The notes: generated by a model from the letters alone, not told the origin. A stretch of 64,000 bases of DNA from Methanomassiliicoccaceae archaeon (GCA_040776945.1 JAXGZN010000002.1:672001-736000); one strand, 5' to 3'. Positions 21,060 to 31,512 are shown, counted from the stretch's first letter. A program made the numbers and translations.

Positions 21060-21496
21060 TGGCCGAGCCTATCGGGCCTGCCCGCGCAACGATGATGAGC
21101 GTCCGAGCATGAGCGACCTATTATGCAATGGTTAGACGTCCATGTGTATGGACGTGACTTTGTTCAGAGTCGGTGGCGTTCGGCCGTCCCGTCCAGATCT
21201 AAAACAGAAAGGAATCGGCCATCGAGGTACTTCAGAGATGTGCCGCCCTTGGTCCGAACATTAACTCATGCGTTCCTATGACATGATCTGCGCCGCGGCG
21301 GGAGCCATATGATGTATCGGGCCGGCGTCCAGCTCGAAAAGATAGCCTGAATATTCGGGCATTCGGACAGTAGGACGACCGCCCATTACATTGGGCTCGA
21401 TATAAAGGATATGAGCGCTCGTATGGAGATTCAGTGTATGTGGGAATTTCCGCGTTTCACTGAAAATAGTAAGAAATGAGACAGGTCGGGAAATTG
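21060..21496 (+). pseudogene. degraded tyrosine integrase remnant
   Basis: From 21282: HDLRRGGSHMMYRAGVQLEKIA*IFGHSDSRTTAHYIGLD (HxLRR, GH and catalytic Tyr region); upstream QWLDVHVYGR fragment; left edge approximate. Confidence 0.8.
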
Positions 21497-21513
21497 GTGG
21501 ACAGAGCTGGATT
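21497..21513. repeat. att copy of tRNA-Ala 3' end (left junction)
   Basis: gtggacagagcTggatt vs gtggacagagcGggatt at 31493-31509, 16/17 identical, direct orientation. Confidence 0.85.
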
Positions 21514-21810
21514 ACTTTCCAAGAAACTAACTGGCTGGAGCCCGTTTTGAACCACGTTCGGTTCACCACCCCCGATCGAGGGTTGATGAGAAAGTAAATC
21601 AAACCTTTTCCTCGCCTTTTTTATAAACCGCCTATTCAGCACTAGTATGCCCACTCCTCAATACTCCCCTTATTTTCCTTATCCTCTTAATTATTATCAA
21701 CACTCTCACCTCATTGAATTAATGACCTCAAAGGTAGAGCAGAGCAAAGGGGATAGCTTAGTACTAATAGGTCGATCAGGACCGATCGCCTCGTGCGTGG
21801 TTCCATATGT

Positions 21811-22725
21811 TCATACCGGGCCTGCAGGGCTAAAGTTGGCAAACTTGCCAATCCTGAGCCTTTCTGATCGGTAGACCTCCCTTATGCCCATCCTGTGAAG
21901 TCTCTCACGATCCGGTACCTCGTCTCTGAGTTCCCTCTGTGCAAGGACGCTTCTCACAGAATCGGTCGAGAGCATTCCTTCCCAAATGGGCCAGGAGAAG
22001 AAATCCTTCTTGTTCATTCTTGTGAAACCTGTTGTCTCTAGCTGACCATCCCTTACAACGCTAGGGAATAGTTGAAGTCCCCGATATGCCAACAGGTTGG
22101 CAGCCCAGACCGTCTTGGGCGGCGAACCGCTTGGATTTTCCCACATGAGCGCATATCTCCGGTCCTCGACGGGGTCCCAGCGCATAGAGTGCTTAGGATC
22201 GTTGTATGTCCATCTATCAAAGAGGCATTGATGGATCTTCTTCTGATCTACGCATCCGATGAGGTCCCTGACGGTCTTAAGAAAGTATTGATGGCCTGAC
22301 CCCTTGATGAAACAGAAAGGGGTGACATATATTTTTCCGCTTTCCTCATCCATACATATGGTACAGCCGAAATTCGTCATCAGATCGACAGAGGTGCGAT
22401 CGGTCGAGCGAGCTTCATCCACTACCTTTATGGCATGTGCCTTGAACACATCCTGACCAACAACGACGTTATCTCCCAGTTCGAGCTCTGTGGTCTTTTT
22501 CTTTAAGCTTTGGTAGATACGGTCCGACAACTGCTCATCTGTAATGGGATTTTCCACTCTCAAAACAGGGTGCCACGTATCTTCCTCTGACCATGACATT
22601 CGTGCACGTATGGAATGATCGGAGGATATGACCGCAAGAACCCCCAATGCGCTTAGATAGCCCAGTGGGTTGATGCCGTCAAGCCCTCTCAGTACTTTGT
22701 CTGATCCAGACGGATCGGAGCTCAT
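21811..22725 (-). CDS. type I-G (I-U) CRISPR-associated protein, Cas3-extension/Cas8g-like
   Basis: GLDGINPLGYLSALG, RWDPVEDRRYAL, ANLLA..GL.LFP, FSWPIW; overlaps the cas3 stop. Confidence 0.75.
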   Translation of the reverse strand: MSSDPSGSDKVLRGLDGINPLGYLSALGVLAVISSDHSIRARMSWSEEDTWHPVLRVENPITDEQLSDRIYQSLKKKTTELELGDNVVVGQDVFKAHAIKVVDEARSTDRTSVDLMTNFGCTICMDEESGKIYVTPFCFIKGSGHQYFLKTVRDLIGCVDQKKIHQCLFDRWTYNDPKHSMRWDPVEDRRYALMWENPSGSPPKTVWAANLLAYRGLQLFPSVVRDGQLETTGFTRMNKKDFFSWPIWEGMLSTDSVRSVLAQRELRDEVPDRERLHRMGIREVYRSERLRIGKFANFSPAGPV

Positions 22726-23942
22726 TCTAGGCCCTCCTCATCTGCCGACTCATATATTAGATCGTATTCACTTGAGCGATGGTCAGCCAACCTGAGGATA
22801 GCTTCGAGGTAGGCTTCCCCCCACCAGCCAAACCGCCTTATGCCTTCCCAGAATCGATCGCCAACACCGCTGCCCACTAGATCCATTCCAGTATCGCTGG
22901 AGTGCCTTAGAATCGAACCTCCGGTTTCGAGGGTGACCTCGCGAGGGCTTTGGTCCCAGACCACAGGGGCGAATGGTCGGCAACGACCGTGGTGGCTTGA
23001 GATCAGGTGGAGAATCAGGTCGCGTTCAACACCGAGCTCTATCTGTTCCGCCAAACGCGCCGAAAGCAGCTCGTGCCTTCCGCCCTTGGGGTAGCCTGCC
23101 CTGATTCGTGCCTGTTCGTATTGGGTGAACGTGGATGCTAACCAATCCGATTTCGCCAATAGATCCGTACCTGCGGCTGCGGCCCTTATATCTCCGCCGC
23201 GAAGGAGGGCCTGAAATCTTATGTCGGCTTTGCCTGTGTCATGCAAAGCTGAGGCCTTTTTCATTGGAACAACAAACGAGCTTGGCAGGGTTTTTATGCA
23301 AAACTCGCTGGCGATTCGTTCAACACTATCCGAGTGAGAGCTAAGAGTCACAGGTGCGGCTGGTCCATCTCTCGATCGCACTCTTCCTTTCTCGCCCCAA
23401 ATGATCAATCCTTGTCCCTGAGGATATGGAACTACGTTGGTGCGTTTTAGACTGGCCACGCCGTTCACGATCTCCCCCATTCGCCCGGGCAAGCCACTAG
23501 CGTTCGTCAACTCGCTCAATGCGTCCCTTAGATCATCTACGAAGTCGTTATCATATGATCTCTCGGCAAGATTGGGATCATTGATCAGATCTAGGATCCT
23601 ATCTTTCACCCTCGATGCTGGCCAATTTGAAATCAATGACGGATGTAGTCTCAGCAGGACTCGTTTCCCCGTTACGAATGCAGCCTCATCTCCACGGTCA
23701 ATGGCGGCCGAGTTGGGAGGAACGTCTGGGATGTGTCCGAGCGACTCTCAACCTCCCATGGAAGAGGGCAGAACAACGATTTCCCCCGGCTGTACCTCAC
23801 TAGGATTGTCTACGACCCTGCTCTCAGCACCGCCCCTCCACACGAGCATGTGCATCGGACACATCGGCTCTCCCCCCTCATTAGAGGTAAACGCCCCCTC
23901 TACGTCCGTCAGGTCCGAATCGTGGTTGACCGTTCTCACCAA
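22722..23942 (-). pseudogene. cas3: truncated type I-G Cas3 (C-terminal HD nuclease part only)
   Basis: HSDSV, HDTGKAD, RHELLS, HHGRCRP, LADH; in-frame TGA at 23748-23750 joins two track ORFs; no helicase motifs remain. Confidence 0.8.
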
Positions 23943-24137
23943 CGGACATATTGAGAGACGAGGACTGGGAGATTATCGGCGGAAGAACGATGAGATGTTC
24001 AAGGGTGGTGCTGGCCCGTAGGAACTGGTCGCGACCGGCGCGACACCTATTAATACGAATTAAATATTCTTGTTACTAATGCACGGAAAATGCTGGGTTC
24101 GGTCCTCCGGAGGAGTCCATGCATCAGAGGCTCTTAT

Positions 24138-24995
24138 ATGCTGGACGTGAAAAACATCGAGTTCTCGTACAATGAGGAGAGGGTCCTGGAGGATGTATCC
24201 TTTCAGGCCGTAGAAAATGAGGTCATATCTATCATGGGACCGAACGGCGTGGGCAAGACCACCCTTCTCAAATGCTTGTGCAACTTCCATCGTCCCCAGA
24301 ATGGGAAGATAACCATAGACGGTAAGGATGTGTCGTCCATATCGAGCCGGGAGCTGGCCAAGCATATAGGATATGTTCCGCAGCGGGCGAACACCACCAG
24401 GTCGACGGTGTTCGATTCGGTCTTGATCGGACGACGACCTTACATAGAGATATCAGCCACCAAGAGGGACCTCGAGGTCGCATGGAACGCGCTGGACTCG
24501 CTTGGCCTGGGTAGCCTGGCCTTGCGATACGTCGACGAGATCAGCGGCGGCGAGCTTCAGAAGGTGCATATCGCCCGGGCCATGGTGCAGGAACCCCGAA
24601 TACTGGTGCTGGACGAACCAACCAACAACCTTGACATCGCCAATCAGCATGTCACGTTGCACAATATAATTGATGCCGTGCGTTCCAGGGGGATGTGCAC
24701 GATAATGACCATGCACGACATCAACTTGGCCGTGCATTATTCGGACCGGCTCATGTTCATGAAGGGAGGGCGCATCTTCGCCTTCGGGGGACCGGATATT
24801 ATCGACGAGAGGTTGATCAAGGAGGTATACGGGATAGATGCGGACGTGATCATGCATAAGGGCGTCCCCTTCGTCATCCCCCATACCGCCAAGAACGGTC
24901 ATCCGAGATACACGCATAACCACGTTCATGCGGTCGATCACGACCCCTCAGACCACGTGCATGAGGCTCTTGGAATAGCCCAGGCCAAGGACTGA
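24138..24995 (+). CDS. FepC/BtuD-type ABC ATPase with His-rich tail
   Basis: GPNGVGKT, ISGGE, LDEPT, MHD; tail HTAKNGHPRYTHNHVHAVDHDPSDHVH. Confidence 0.92.
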   Translation: MLDVKNIEFSYNEERVLEDVSFQAVENEVISIMGPNGVGKTTLLKCLCNFHRPQNGKITIDGKDVSSISSRELAKHIGYVPQRANTTRSTVFDSVLIGRRPYIEISATKRDLEVAWNALDSLGLGSLALRYVDEISGGELQKVHIARAMVQEPRILVLDEPTNNLDIANQHVTLHNIIDAVRSRGMCTIMTMHDINLAVHYSDRLMFMKGGRIFAFGGPDIIDERLIKEVYGIDADVIMHKGVPFVIPHTAKNGHPRYTHNHVHAVDHDPSDHVHEALGIAQAKD

Positions 24996-24996
24996 G

Positions 24997-25788
24997 CTAC
25001 ACGTCCCATACCAGTAGTCTCATCCTGTTCAGGCACCTGAACCTGAACTCCCCACCCTCGACCATCGGTTCCAGCACCTTTCGTACGGCCGGTTCGACCT
25101 CCATGCCCTTCCCATAAGGCCTGAAGTCCCGGACAATCTCCGAGACAGCCGTTTCCAACGGAATGGAACGCTCCACCGGGGTGCTGAACTCGGTGACCTC
25201 CGGCCTCCTGCCGATCGATCTGAGTTTCCTCTCCACCAGGTCGGACCCCCTTTCGGCGAAGGAGTAATTCTTGCCCATCTCCCTCCAGACCTCGGCGTGC
25301 AGGTCATCCCAGCCGTTGACGATCCACATGATGTGTGCGCAATGGTGGTCGGTCCAAGCTTCCATCCTTTTTAGCCCTTCGACGGACCCTGTCCCGGGAC
25401 ACAGGGAGGACACAACCGCCGAGCTCCTCCTCTCCGGCTCGTACTCCATGACGTCCGCCTTGACCAATGTGACATTGCTATATCCCATATCTCGCACGGA
25501 GCTCGAAAGGCGGTCCAGCATGACCTGGGAGGTGTCTAGGCCCACCACTGACCTGACCAAGGGTGCCATTGGGAGGGTATACGTTCCAGGACCGCAACCG
25601 AGTTCCAGTACGGTCGCATCGCAGTCTAGGACCCCGGTTCGGTGCAGATGCCCGACGATCTCGTTGACCATGGACCCCTGCTGCGTTCCCGAATACCAGG
25701 AGGCGATGTCGTCCCAGAAGTGGAGCGCCCTCTGCCTGTCGAACCCCTCCCCGACGAACGGGTGGGACCCGGACCGTTGACAGTTCAT
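24997..25788 (-). CDS. class I SAM-dependent methyltransferase
   Basis: VLELGCGPG, GLDTSQVML. Confidence 0.88.
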   Translation of the reverse strand: MNCQRSGSHPFVGEGFDRQRALHFWDDIASWYSGTQQGSMVNEIVGHLHRTGVLDCDATVLELGCGPGTYTLPMAPLVRSVVGLDTSQVMLDRLSSSVRDMGYSNVTLVKADVMEYEPERRSSAVVSSLCPGTGSVEGLKRMEAWTDHHCAHIMWIVNGWDDLHAEVWREMGKNYSFAERGSDLVERKLRSIGRRPEVTEFSTPVERSIPLETAVSEIVRDFRPYGKGMEVEPAVRKVLEPMVEGGEFRFRCLNRMRLLVWDV

Positions 25789-26876
25789 CGCAGTACCTTC
25801 CTCTTCTTCCTGGTCCCCCTTATCAGAAGGTAAATGAACAGCGGTCCGCCTAGGAACGAGGTTATTATGCCCACCGGCAGCGTATAGACCAGCAGGTTCT
25901 GTCCTACGCAGTCCGCGATGAGCAGGATGATGGCTCCCAGCAGCATCGAGCCCGGGAGCACATACTTATGATCGTTTCCCAGGAACATCCTGACGATGTG
26001 CGGACCGAGCAAACCTATGAAGGCTATTATTCCCATGAACGAGACCACGATAGATGTCATTAGTGCTGAGAGGAACAACGTCTCCATCCTAAGCCAATCG
26101 ACCTTGATACCCAGGGACATGGCCACGTCGTCCCCGGCGTCCAAGGCGTTGAAGTCCCATCTGCGCCACAGGAAGTAGGCGATGACCGCCATGGAGATGA
26201 TGGCGATCAAGGTGAGCTCACCCCAGGACGCCTTTCCAAGGGAGCCGAACTGCCAGAAGACTATGGCCGAAAGGGCGTAATCGTTGTAGATGTACTGAAG
26301 CATGCTTATGCCGGCCGAGAAGATGGAGCTGAGGGCCACACCCGCCAGGACCATGGTTTCCGCGCTGACCCTGGTCACCTTGACCAGGAGGATGATTATC
26401 ACCGTGGCGATCAGGGCCCATGTGAACGCGCTGGCCGAGACCAGGTACGGATTGTTGATGAGTATGGAGGCATGGCTTTGCCCGACCACCAGTCCTCCTC
26501 CCAGTGCTAGAATGCCTAGGGAAGCGCCGAAGGCCGCGGCGTTCGAGATGCCCAGAGTGTAAGGTGAGGCGATTGGGTTCCTGAGGACGCATTGCATCAC
26601 CGTACCCGCAACGCCCAGGGCAAACCCGGCGAACAGGCCGGAGACGATCCGGGGCAGATACAGGTTCCAGAACAGTATCACATCGACCTTGGAATTCTGT
26701 GGGTTGTCCTTATCGAAAATGACCTGGACTATCTCCTCGAACGAAAGGGACCCCAGGTCGATCTTGAGCACGGCTATCGTCGAAATCAAGAGAAGTAGCG
26801 CCAAGGCCACCAGGAATAGGTTCTTCCGCCTTGAATGGGCTAGATACCCTTCTATTCCTCCATTTCTACTGTTCAT
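25785..26876 (-). CDS. FecCD-family ABC permease
   Basis: LPRI..G, RNPIASPYTLGIS, G.IAFIGL, LPVGIITS. Confidence 0.92.
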   Translation of the reverse strand: MNSRNGGIEGYLAHSRRKNLFLVALALLLLISTIAVLKIDLGSLSFEEIVQVIFDKDNPQNSKVDVILFWNLYLPRIVSGLFAGFALGVAGTVMQCVLRNPIASPYTLGISNAAAFGASLGILALGGGLVVGQSHASILINNPYLVSASAFTWALIATVIIILLVKVTRVSAETMVLAGVALSSIFSAGISMLQYIYNDYALSAIVFWQFGSLGKASWGELTLIAIISMAVIAYFLWRRWDFNALDAGDDVAMSLGIKVDWLRMETLFLSALMTSIVVSFMGIIAFIGLLGPHIVRMFLGNDHKYVLPGSMLLGAIILLIADCVGQNLLVYTLPVGIITSFLGGPLFIYLLIRGTRKKRKVLR

Positions 26877-26949
26877 CGACCGCCACCATGCCTGACCTGA
26901 GACGCTAGTATGATAAAAATATTGAGCTGGCCTGGGCCAGCGAAGTGGT

Positions 26950-28224
26950 TTAACGCATCGCCGAGAAGGTCATGGTGCCTTCTTCGGATATGAAAATCTC
27001 CCCGTACACGGGATTCGCGCGGCGCACCATGTACATGTTGTTCATGTCCATGTATATGGATGTCGGCTCAGACGGCGCTGGGACATTGGTCGCGGTTATA
27101 TCACGGTTGGACATGTGCGAGCCCAGGAACGCGTCATAGACCGCGTTAACCTTCTGCTCGAACTGCTCCTCGGTCAATAGCCCGTGGGCGTCCTTGAGGA
27201 CCTGGTACGCGGATATCAGGACGTTCTCGAAGTTCATGCCAGTCCATATGTACGGGAAGGCCACATAGGCTTCGTGCCCGATGAACAGCTGCAGGATGCC
27301 CTTGGCCGTGTTGTCCGTGCTCATGTAGAGCCCGGTAGCATCCATGAAGAGGAGAACCTCATCGCCCTCCGCCTCTGCCGCTTGTATGCCCTCCTTGATC
27401 TTGGTCGCCGAATAGGTGCTCACACCCGACCCGTTCATGTCCATGCCCTCGTTGGCCATGATGTTCTTCACCCCGGCCAGGGCGAAGGGCATGTAGTAGG
27501 CGATGGACGAGTCCGGACCGTGGGCTCCATTGTAAGCCAGGGAACCGATGTAGGCGCTGACGTTGGTCGCGGCCTGAGTGGCGATGGTCCTAATGTCCTG
27601 AACCGTATCCTCTATGGCGGCAAGGATCTCCTGGCCCCTCTTATCCATGGCCAGCACCTTGGAGAGCAGGTCAATCTGATCCCTCAGAACGTCCACAACC
27701 CTGAAGGTCACCGGTTCTAGGAAGGTGTAGACGTTGGCGATGGCAACGACGTTCAAGCCCCCATCCAGGAGCGATTGGTACTCGTTGGAGTAATCGGTCT
27801 TGAAGGTTACGGGCACGACCACCAGGGACGGCTCGGCGGTAAGGATGTTGGCCACGTCATCCACGGTGATCCCGCAGTTGGTATGGGAGAAGTCATTGGC
27901 ATCGGATTCGTTGACATCCGCCAGAGCGCGCCCGTGGTACATGAACGACTTGCCCATGAAGTTGGTCTTGTCGTTGATGTCTATCATAATGCACTTGTCA
28001 GCAAGGCCGAAATAGGTCATCCATCGGAAGGGGTCCTGGCCTATCGCCACGATGCCGCGGTCCAGATTGGTGACGGGTTGTATCTCTCTGCCTGCGAAGT
28101 CGATGTCCTCGCCTATGACCGATTCGTTCCCATCGTCCGGCTTTTGGAGCAGAATGCTTCCGCCTATGGCGGCGATGATGATTATCGCAACAGCAGTTAT
28201 TGCGAAGTAGATCTTCCTATTCAT
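26950..28224 (-). CDS. ABC substrate-binding protein (class III, metal-chelate type)
   Basis: N-terminal anchor, DFAGREI, PFALAG..N; co-oriented with the permease. Confidence 0.8.
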   Translation of the reverse strand: MNRKIYFAITAVAIIIIAAIGGSILLQKPDDGNESVIGEDIDFAGREIQPVTNLDRGIVAIGQDPFRWMTYFGLADKCIMIDINDKTNFMGKSFMYHGRALADVNESDANDFSHTNCGITVDDVANILTAEPSLVVVPVTFKTDYSNEYQSLLDGGLNVVAIANVYTFLEPVTFRVVDVLRDQIDLLSKVLAMDKRGQEILAAIEDTVQDIRTIATQAATNVSAYIGSLAYNGAHGPDSSIAYYMPFALAGVKNIMANEGMDMNGSGVSTYSATKIKEGIQAAEAEGDEVLLFMDATGLYMSTDNTAKGILQLFIGHEAYVAFPYIWTGMNFENVLISAYQVLKDAHGLLTEEQFEQKVNAVYDAFLGSHMSNRDITATNVPAPSEPTSIYMDMNNMYMVRRANPVYGEIFISEEGTMTFSAMR

Positions 28225-28491
28225 GCGGATGGGAACTGATTTTGCATAGAAATACTTTTTTAGAATTCGTGTTACTATTATCATAATGTTTTTAAAAAAA
28301 TATTACGATGTAAAATTAATGAAGTCTCCCGACGGAGGATGACCGTCTCGAACTGGCGATGACCTTGACGGACGCAATTGTTCTAAGAAAGACATCAATA
28401 ATCCTTATGAACAGAACTGTTTCATACTGCGGATCGCCTCAATGAGGCATCCTCATCCTAAGGACGTGACGAAGGGATGAGGCGAACGGAG

Positions 28492-30455
28492 ATGACGGAC
28501 TGGATCGATGAGTGGAAAAACGCCCATGAGCGGTCTATGCTCAAGGTCACCCCGGAGAACGAAGAGAGATGGAAGGTCTTTTAGAGCCTCGATGCCGGGT
28601 ATTATCTTGATGAGGTGAGGTCCGAACCGGCCTTCTATGACCAGGTGATCGACCGCCTGTGCATTGAGGGTTGGGTCCTTGGGAATGACAAGGTCCTCGA
28701 GATAGGCTGCGGACCAGGCACCCTGGCTCTTCCCTTGTACTCAAGGGTCGGTTCAGTTACCGACTTGGACGAGGCGGAGGGACACGCCCATTCCCTAAGC
28801 AAGATGCTCCTCGACTCGCCGAACAGGTTCCCCAATGATGCAAGAGCGATGATCGCCAAGGCTTTTCACGCCAAGGTGACCACCGTCAGGGAGTTATCCA
28901 GAACTGCAGACAATACCTTCCTGACCATCAAGGAACCAAAGCCCCCTGCCCTGGAACCGAACCTAACGAGTCCAGCCAAGGTGTGTGACTTGCTACAGAC
29001 GCCATCTGTCCATCACTTAATCGCCGAATCAGACGGCATAAACCGTTTCTTGAAGATGGCTAAGGAGCAGGGTGAGGAGGCGGCCATAACGGCCAAACGA
29101 GAGGAGCTAGCCCCCCGTGTGGAGGCACATGAGAGCAAGATCAGGGAAGATGAGGAGGCCGACATTGCCGCACTCGAGGATGGTTCCTGGTGGGACATTG
29201 TGAACAGTGCGATCGATGAACTTATCGCAGGGGAGCCGCAGCTTAGGAAGGTCATCGTCTTCTCGGCCCTATCGGCTGGATTGAGCGGTAAGAGACAGCA
29301 CCTGATGGCCATCGGTGATTCTCAGACCGGGAAGTCTAATACATTCCGATCGATTGGTTCACGGCTATTTTCTGACCGCTTCATTGACGTAGCAGCAATG
29401 AGTGCAAAATCACTCTATTATGCCACCGATACAGCGGGGGATCCAAGATTATTCGACGGCAAGATCATCCTAGTCGATGAGTTCGCAGACCAGAGCATCG
29501 GGACTCAGAACTTCGTCAAGGCCCTGATGTCCAACGGAACGGAGAAGCTTGCCAACATGACCGTTGATGAGCACCGCAAGTCGAAGACACAGTCCATCGA
29601 GGGCATTCCCGTCATGTGGTTGACTTCTGCGGAGGTCCTGGAGGACCCCGAGGGGCAACTCATGAACCGTCCGCTCATCGTGAACCCTGATGAATCTGCC
29701 GAGCAAACGAGGAAGGTCCTCAACTTCCAGCGGGAAGCGGTGAGCACAGGTTTGCTCAAGACCTCGGACTCCAGAATATCAAGGGCCAGGCGTCTCCTCA
29801 CTCACATCCTCAAAGAGAAGGATTTCGTCATCTACAATCTGTTCTCTAGCCATGTCCAGATATGCGAGGACGATGCCAAGGCCAGGAACACCCTACCAAT
29901 GTTCTTCATCCTGGTTGGCGCCATCGTCTACGCCCACCGCTTCGCTCGCCAGGTCATTAAACTCCCTGACGGGAGGAAGTTGCTTATGGCTAGGTGGGAG
30001 GATAATGTCAAGGCGGCGGAGCTGTGGCAGTGGGCCAGCGGGCCAAAGTCCACTGGACTGCCCAACCGAAACATCGAGCTCCTGAAAATCCTGCCGGCAT
30101 TTGCTGGAGACATCACCGGAGGCTTGGATCTCGATGTTGTCGTGGAGATGTACGCGACCAGGACCGGCCGTATGGTCAGCCACAAGATCATACGGAACTA
30201 CCTCTCGGAACTGTCTACCAAAAATATGGAGACATACTACGAGGATGCTCAGGGCACCAACTGTGGTGCTCGACCGGTTCAGCTCACATCTCTCCAACGA
30301 AGTCCCAGCTGCTCATTGGGATGGATTGCGATGAGGGTAAAGAACTGCTGGACGATGCCCTGAAATCGTTTGAGGAGGCCATCTCCCAACTCCCCATCGA
30401 AATTCGAATTGAGGAGCTAAGGAAGAGAGTCTTCGAAACGTCTCGGAGGTGGTGA
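28492..30455 (+). pseudogene. chimera of a methyltransferase N-terminus and an MGE P-loop ATPase (primase/helicase-like)
   Basis: ATG 28492, in-frame TAG 28582, VLEIGCGPG, then switch near 28780 to GDSQTGKS and ILVDEF; probable frameshift near 30255. Confidence 0.65.
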
Positions 30456-30525
30456 GCTCCCCGTCCCTCTTTGCAGATGAGATAGTGCTATCTAACCGCA
30501 GTGTCCTAACACGAGATGACTGAGA

Positions 30526-31512
30526 ATGCCGTCGAAGGATCGGTGCCTCAGTGAAGCGGTAGAAAAATTTATAGAAACCAAGAGAAAGAAAAAGAGGTCG
30601 GAACATACGATAAAAGGCTACAGCTGGATAATCGGTAAAGTAAGCCGAGAACTAAGGGAGGCGGGTTATGATCCCCATCCGAAGCGTTGGACAGAGAAAT
30701 CCGTGGACTTCCTACTCGATGATGTCTGTAGCGAGTCTAAGCCTGGGGTCACCAGGAGGGAATTCAGCATCCTGAACGCCTACCTAAAGGTGAACGGGAG
30801 CAGCATCATTGAGGATATGGACATCGAATGGCAGGAAGATGGCCGAATAAATGTCCACTGGCTCAGCCTGAACGATGCTAGGAGAATCGAGCAGGAAGCC
30901 AACGGCTTTGAGAGGCTGGTAGTCCACTTGGAGCTGCACATCGGCCTAAGACGAATCGAAGTTTCGAGGCTGAACGTGTCCGACATCCAACTGGGATACT
31001 TCAACATTCTGGGAAAGGGTCGCCGAGGAGGTAAGTGGAGGCAGAATCCATTCGACATGGAAACGAATGCCGAGCTTGCTTACTTCTTCGAGCTTCGGGA
31101 CATGGAGATAATGAAGGCCAAAGCAAAGAATCCTGCTGTGGTCATCTCCGACAACCTGTTGATCTACGAGCGGGGCGGGAACCTTCATCCCTTCAAGCGC
31201 AGCACCGTGGACAACATGCTGAAACGCATACAAGAGCGGACGGGGATTAAGTTTTCGAACCACGTCCTAAGGAGGCAATTCGCCAAGGAGCTGCACATTT
31301 CCGGCGTCCCGATAACTCGCATCTCCGAGCTGTTGGGGCATAAGGACGAACAAACGACCCGCCTTTACATCGGGATAGACATGGATCTAAAGGCCGATGC
31401 TATGAACCAGGTCGCCCAATGGAGAGCACAACAAAGGGCCCAAATGGGCCTGCCCCGGAACGGGGCATTTTTGAGTGAAGCCAGAATAGTGAGTGGACAG
31501 AGCGGGATTTGA
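30526..31512 (+). CDS. tyrosine integrase whose 3' end overlaps tRNA-Ala antisense
   Basis: GLRRIE, GKG, HVLRR, LGH, TRLY; last codons (GQSGI*) lie in the tRNA. Confidence 0.93.
   Translation: MPSKDRCLSEAVEKFIETKRKKKRSEHTIKGYSWIIGKVSRELREAGYDPHPKRWTEKSVDFLLDDVCSESKPGVTRREFSILNAYLKVNGSSIIEDMDIEWQEDGRINVHWLSLNDARRIEQEANGFERLVVHLELHIGLRRIEVSRLNVSDIQLGYFNILGKGRRGGKWRQNPFDMETNAELAYFFELRDMEIMKAKAKNPAVVISDNLLIYERGGNLHPFKRSTVDNMLKRIQERTGIKFSNHVLRRQFAKELHISGVPITRISELLGHKDEQTTRLYIGIDMDLKADAMNQVAQWRAQQRAQMGLPRNGAFLSEARIVSGQSGI

Larger units (their letters stand above)
21497..31509. mobile_element. decaying integrative element at tRNA-Ala(CGC)
   Basis: Flanking 17-bp direct repeat, integrase at the tRNA end, visibly lower GC, several broken genes. 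Confidence 0.85.

Noticed and set aside
21709-21718. cctcattgaa resembling the 3' end of type I-G CRISPR repeats
   Set aside because: Single 10-mer without hairpin or repeats; no CRISPR array was seen anywhere in the window.
23748-23750. In-frame TGA in cas3 as selenocysteine
   Set aside because: No redox context and the gene is truncated; a nonsense mutation is more likely.
28261-28320. NikR-type operator upstream of the binding protein gene
   Set aside because: AT-rich with partial half-sites only; no clean dyad could be defined.
28582-28584. In-frame TAG as pyrrolysine
   Set aside because: Context F*S matches the FW of the neighbouring methyltransferase (HFWDD), so TGG-to-TAG decay in an already broken gene is simpler.
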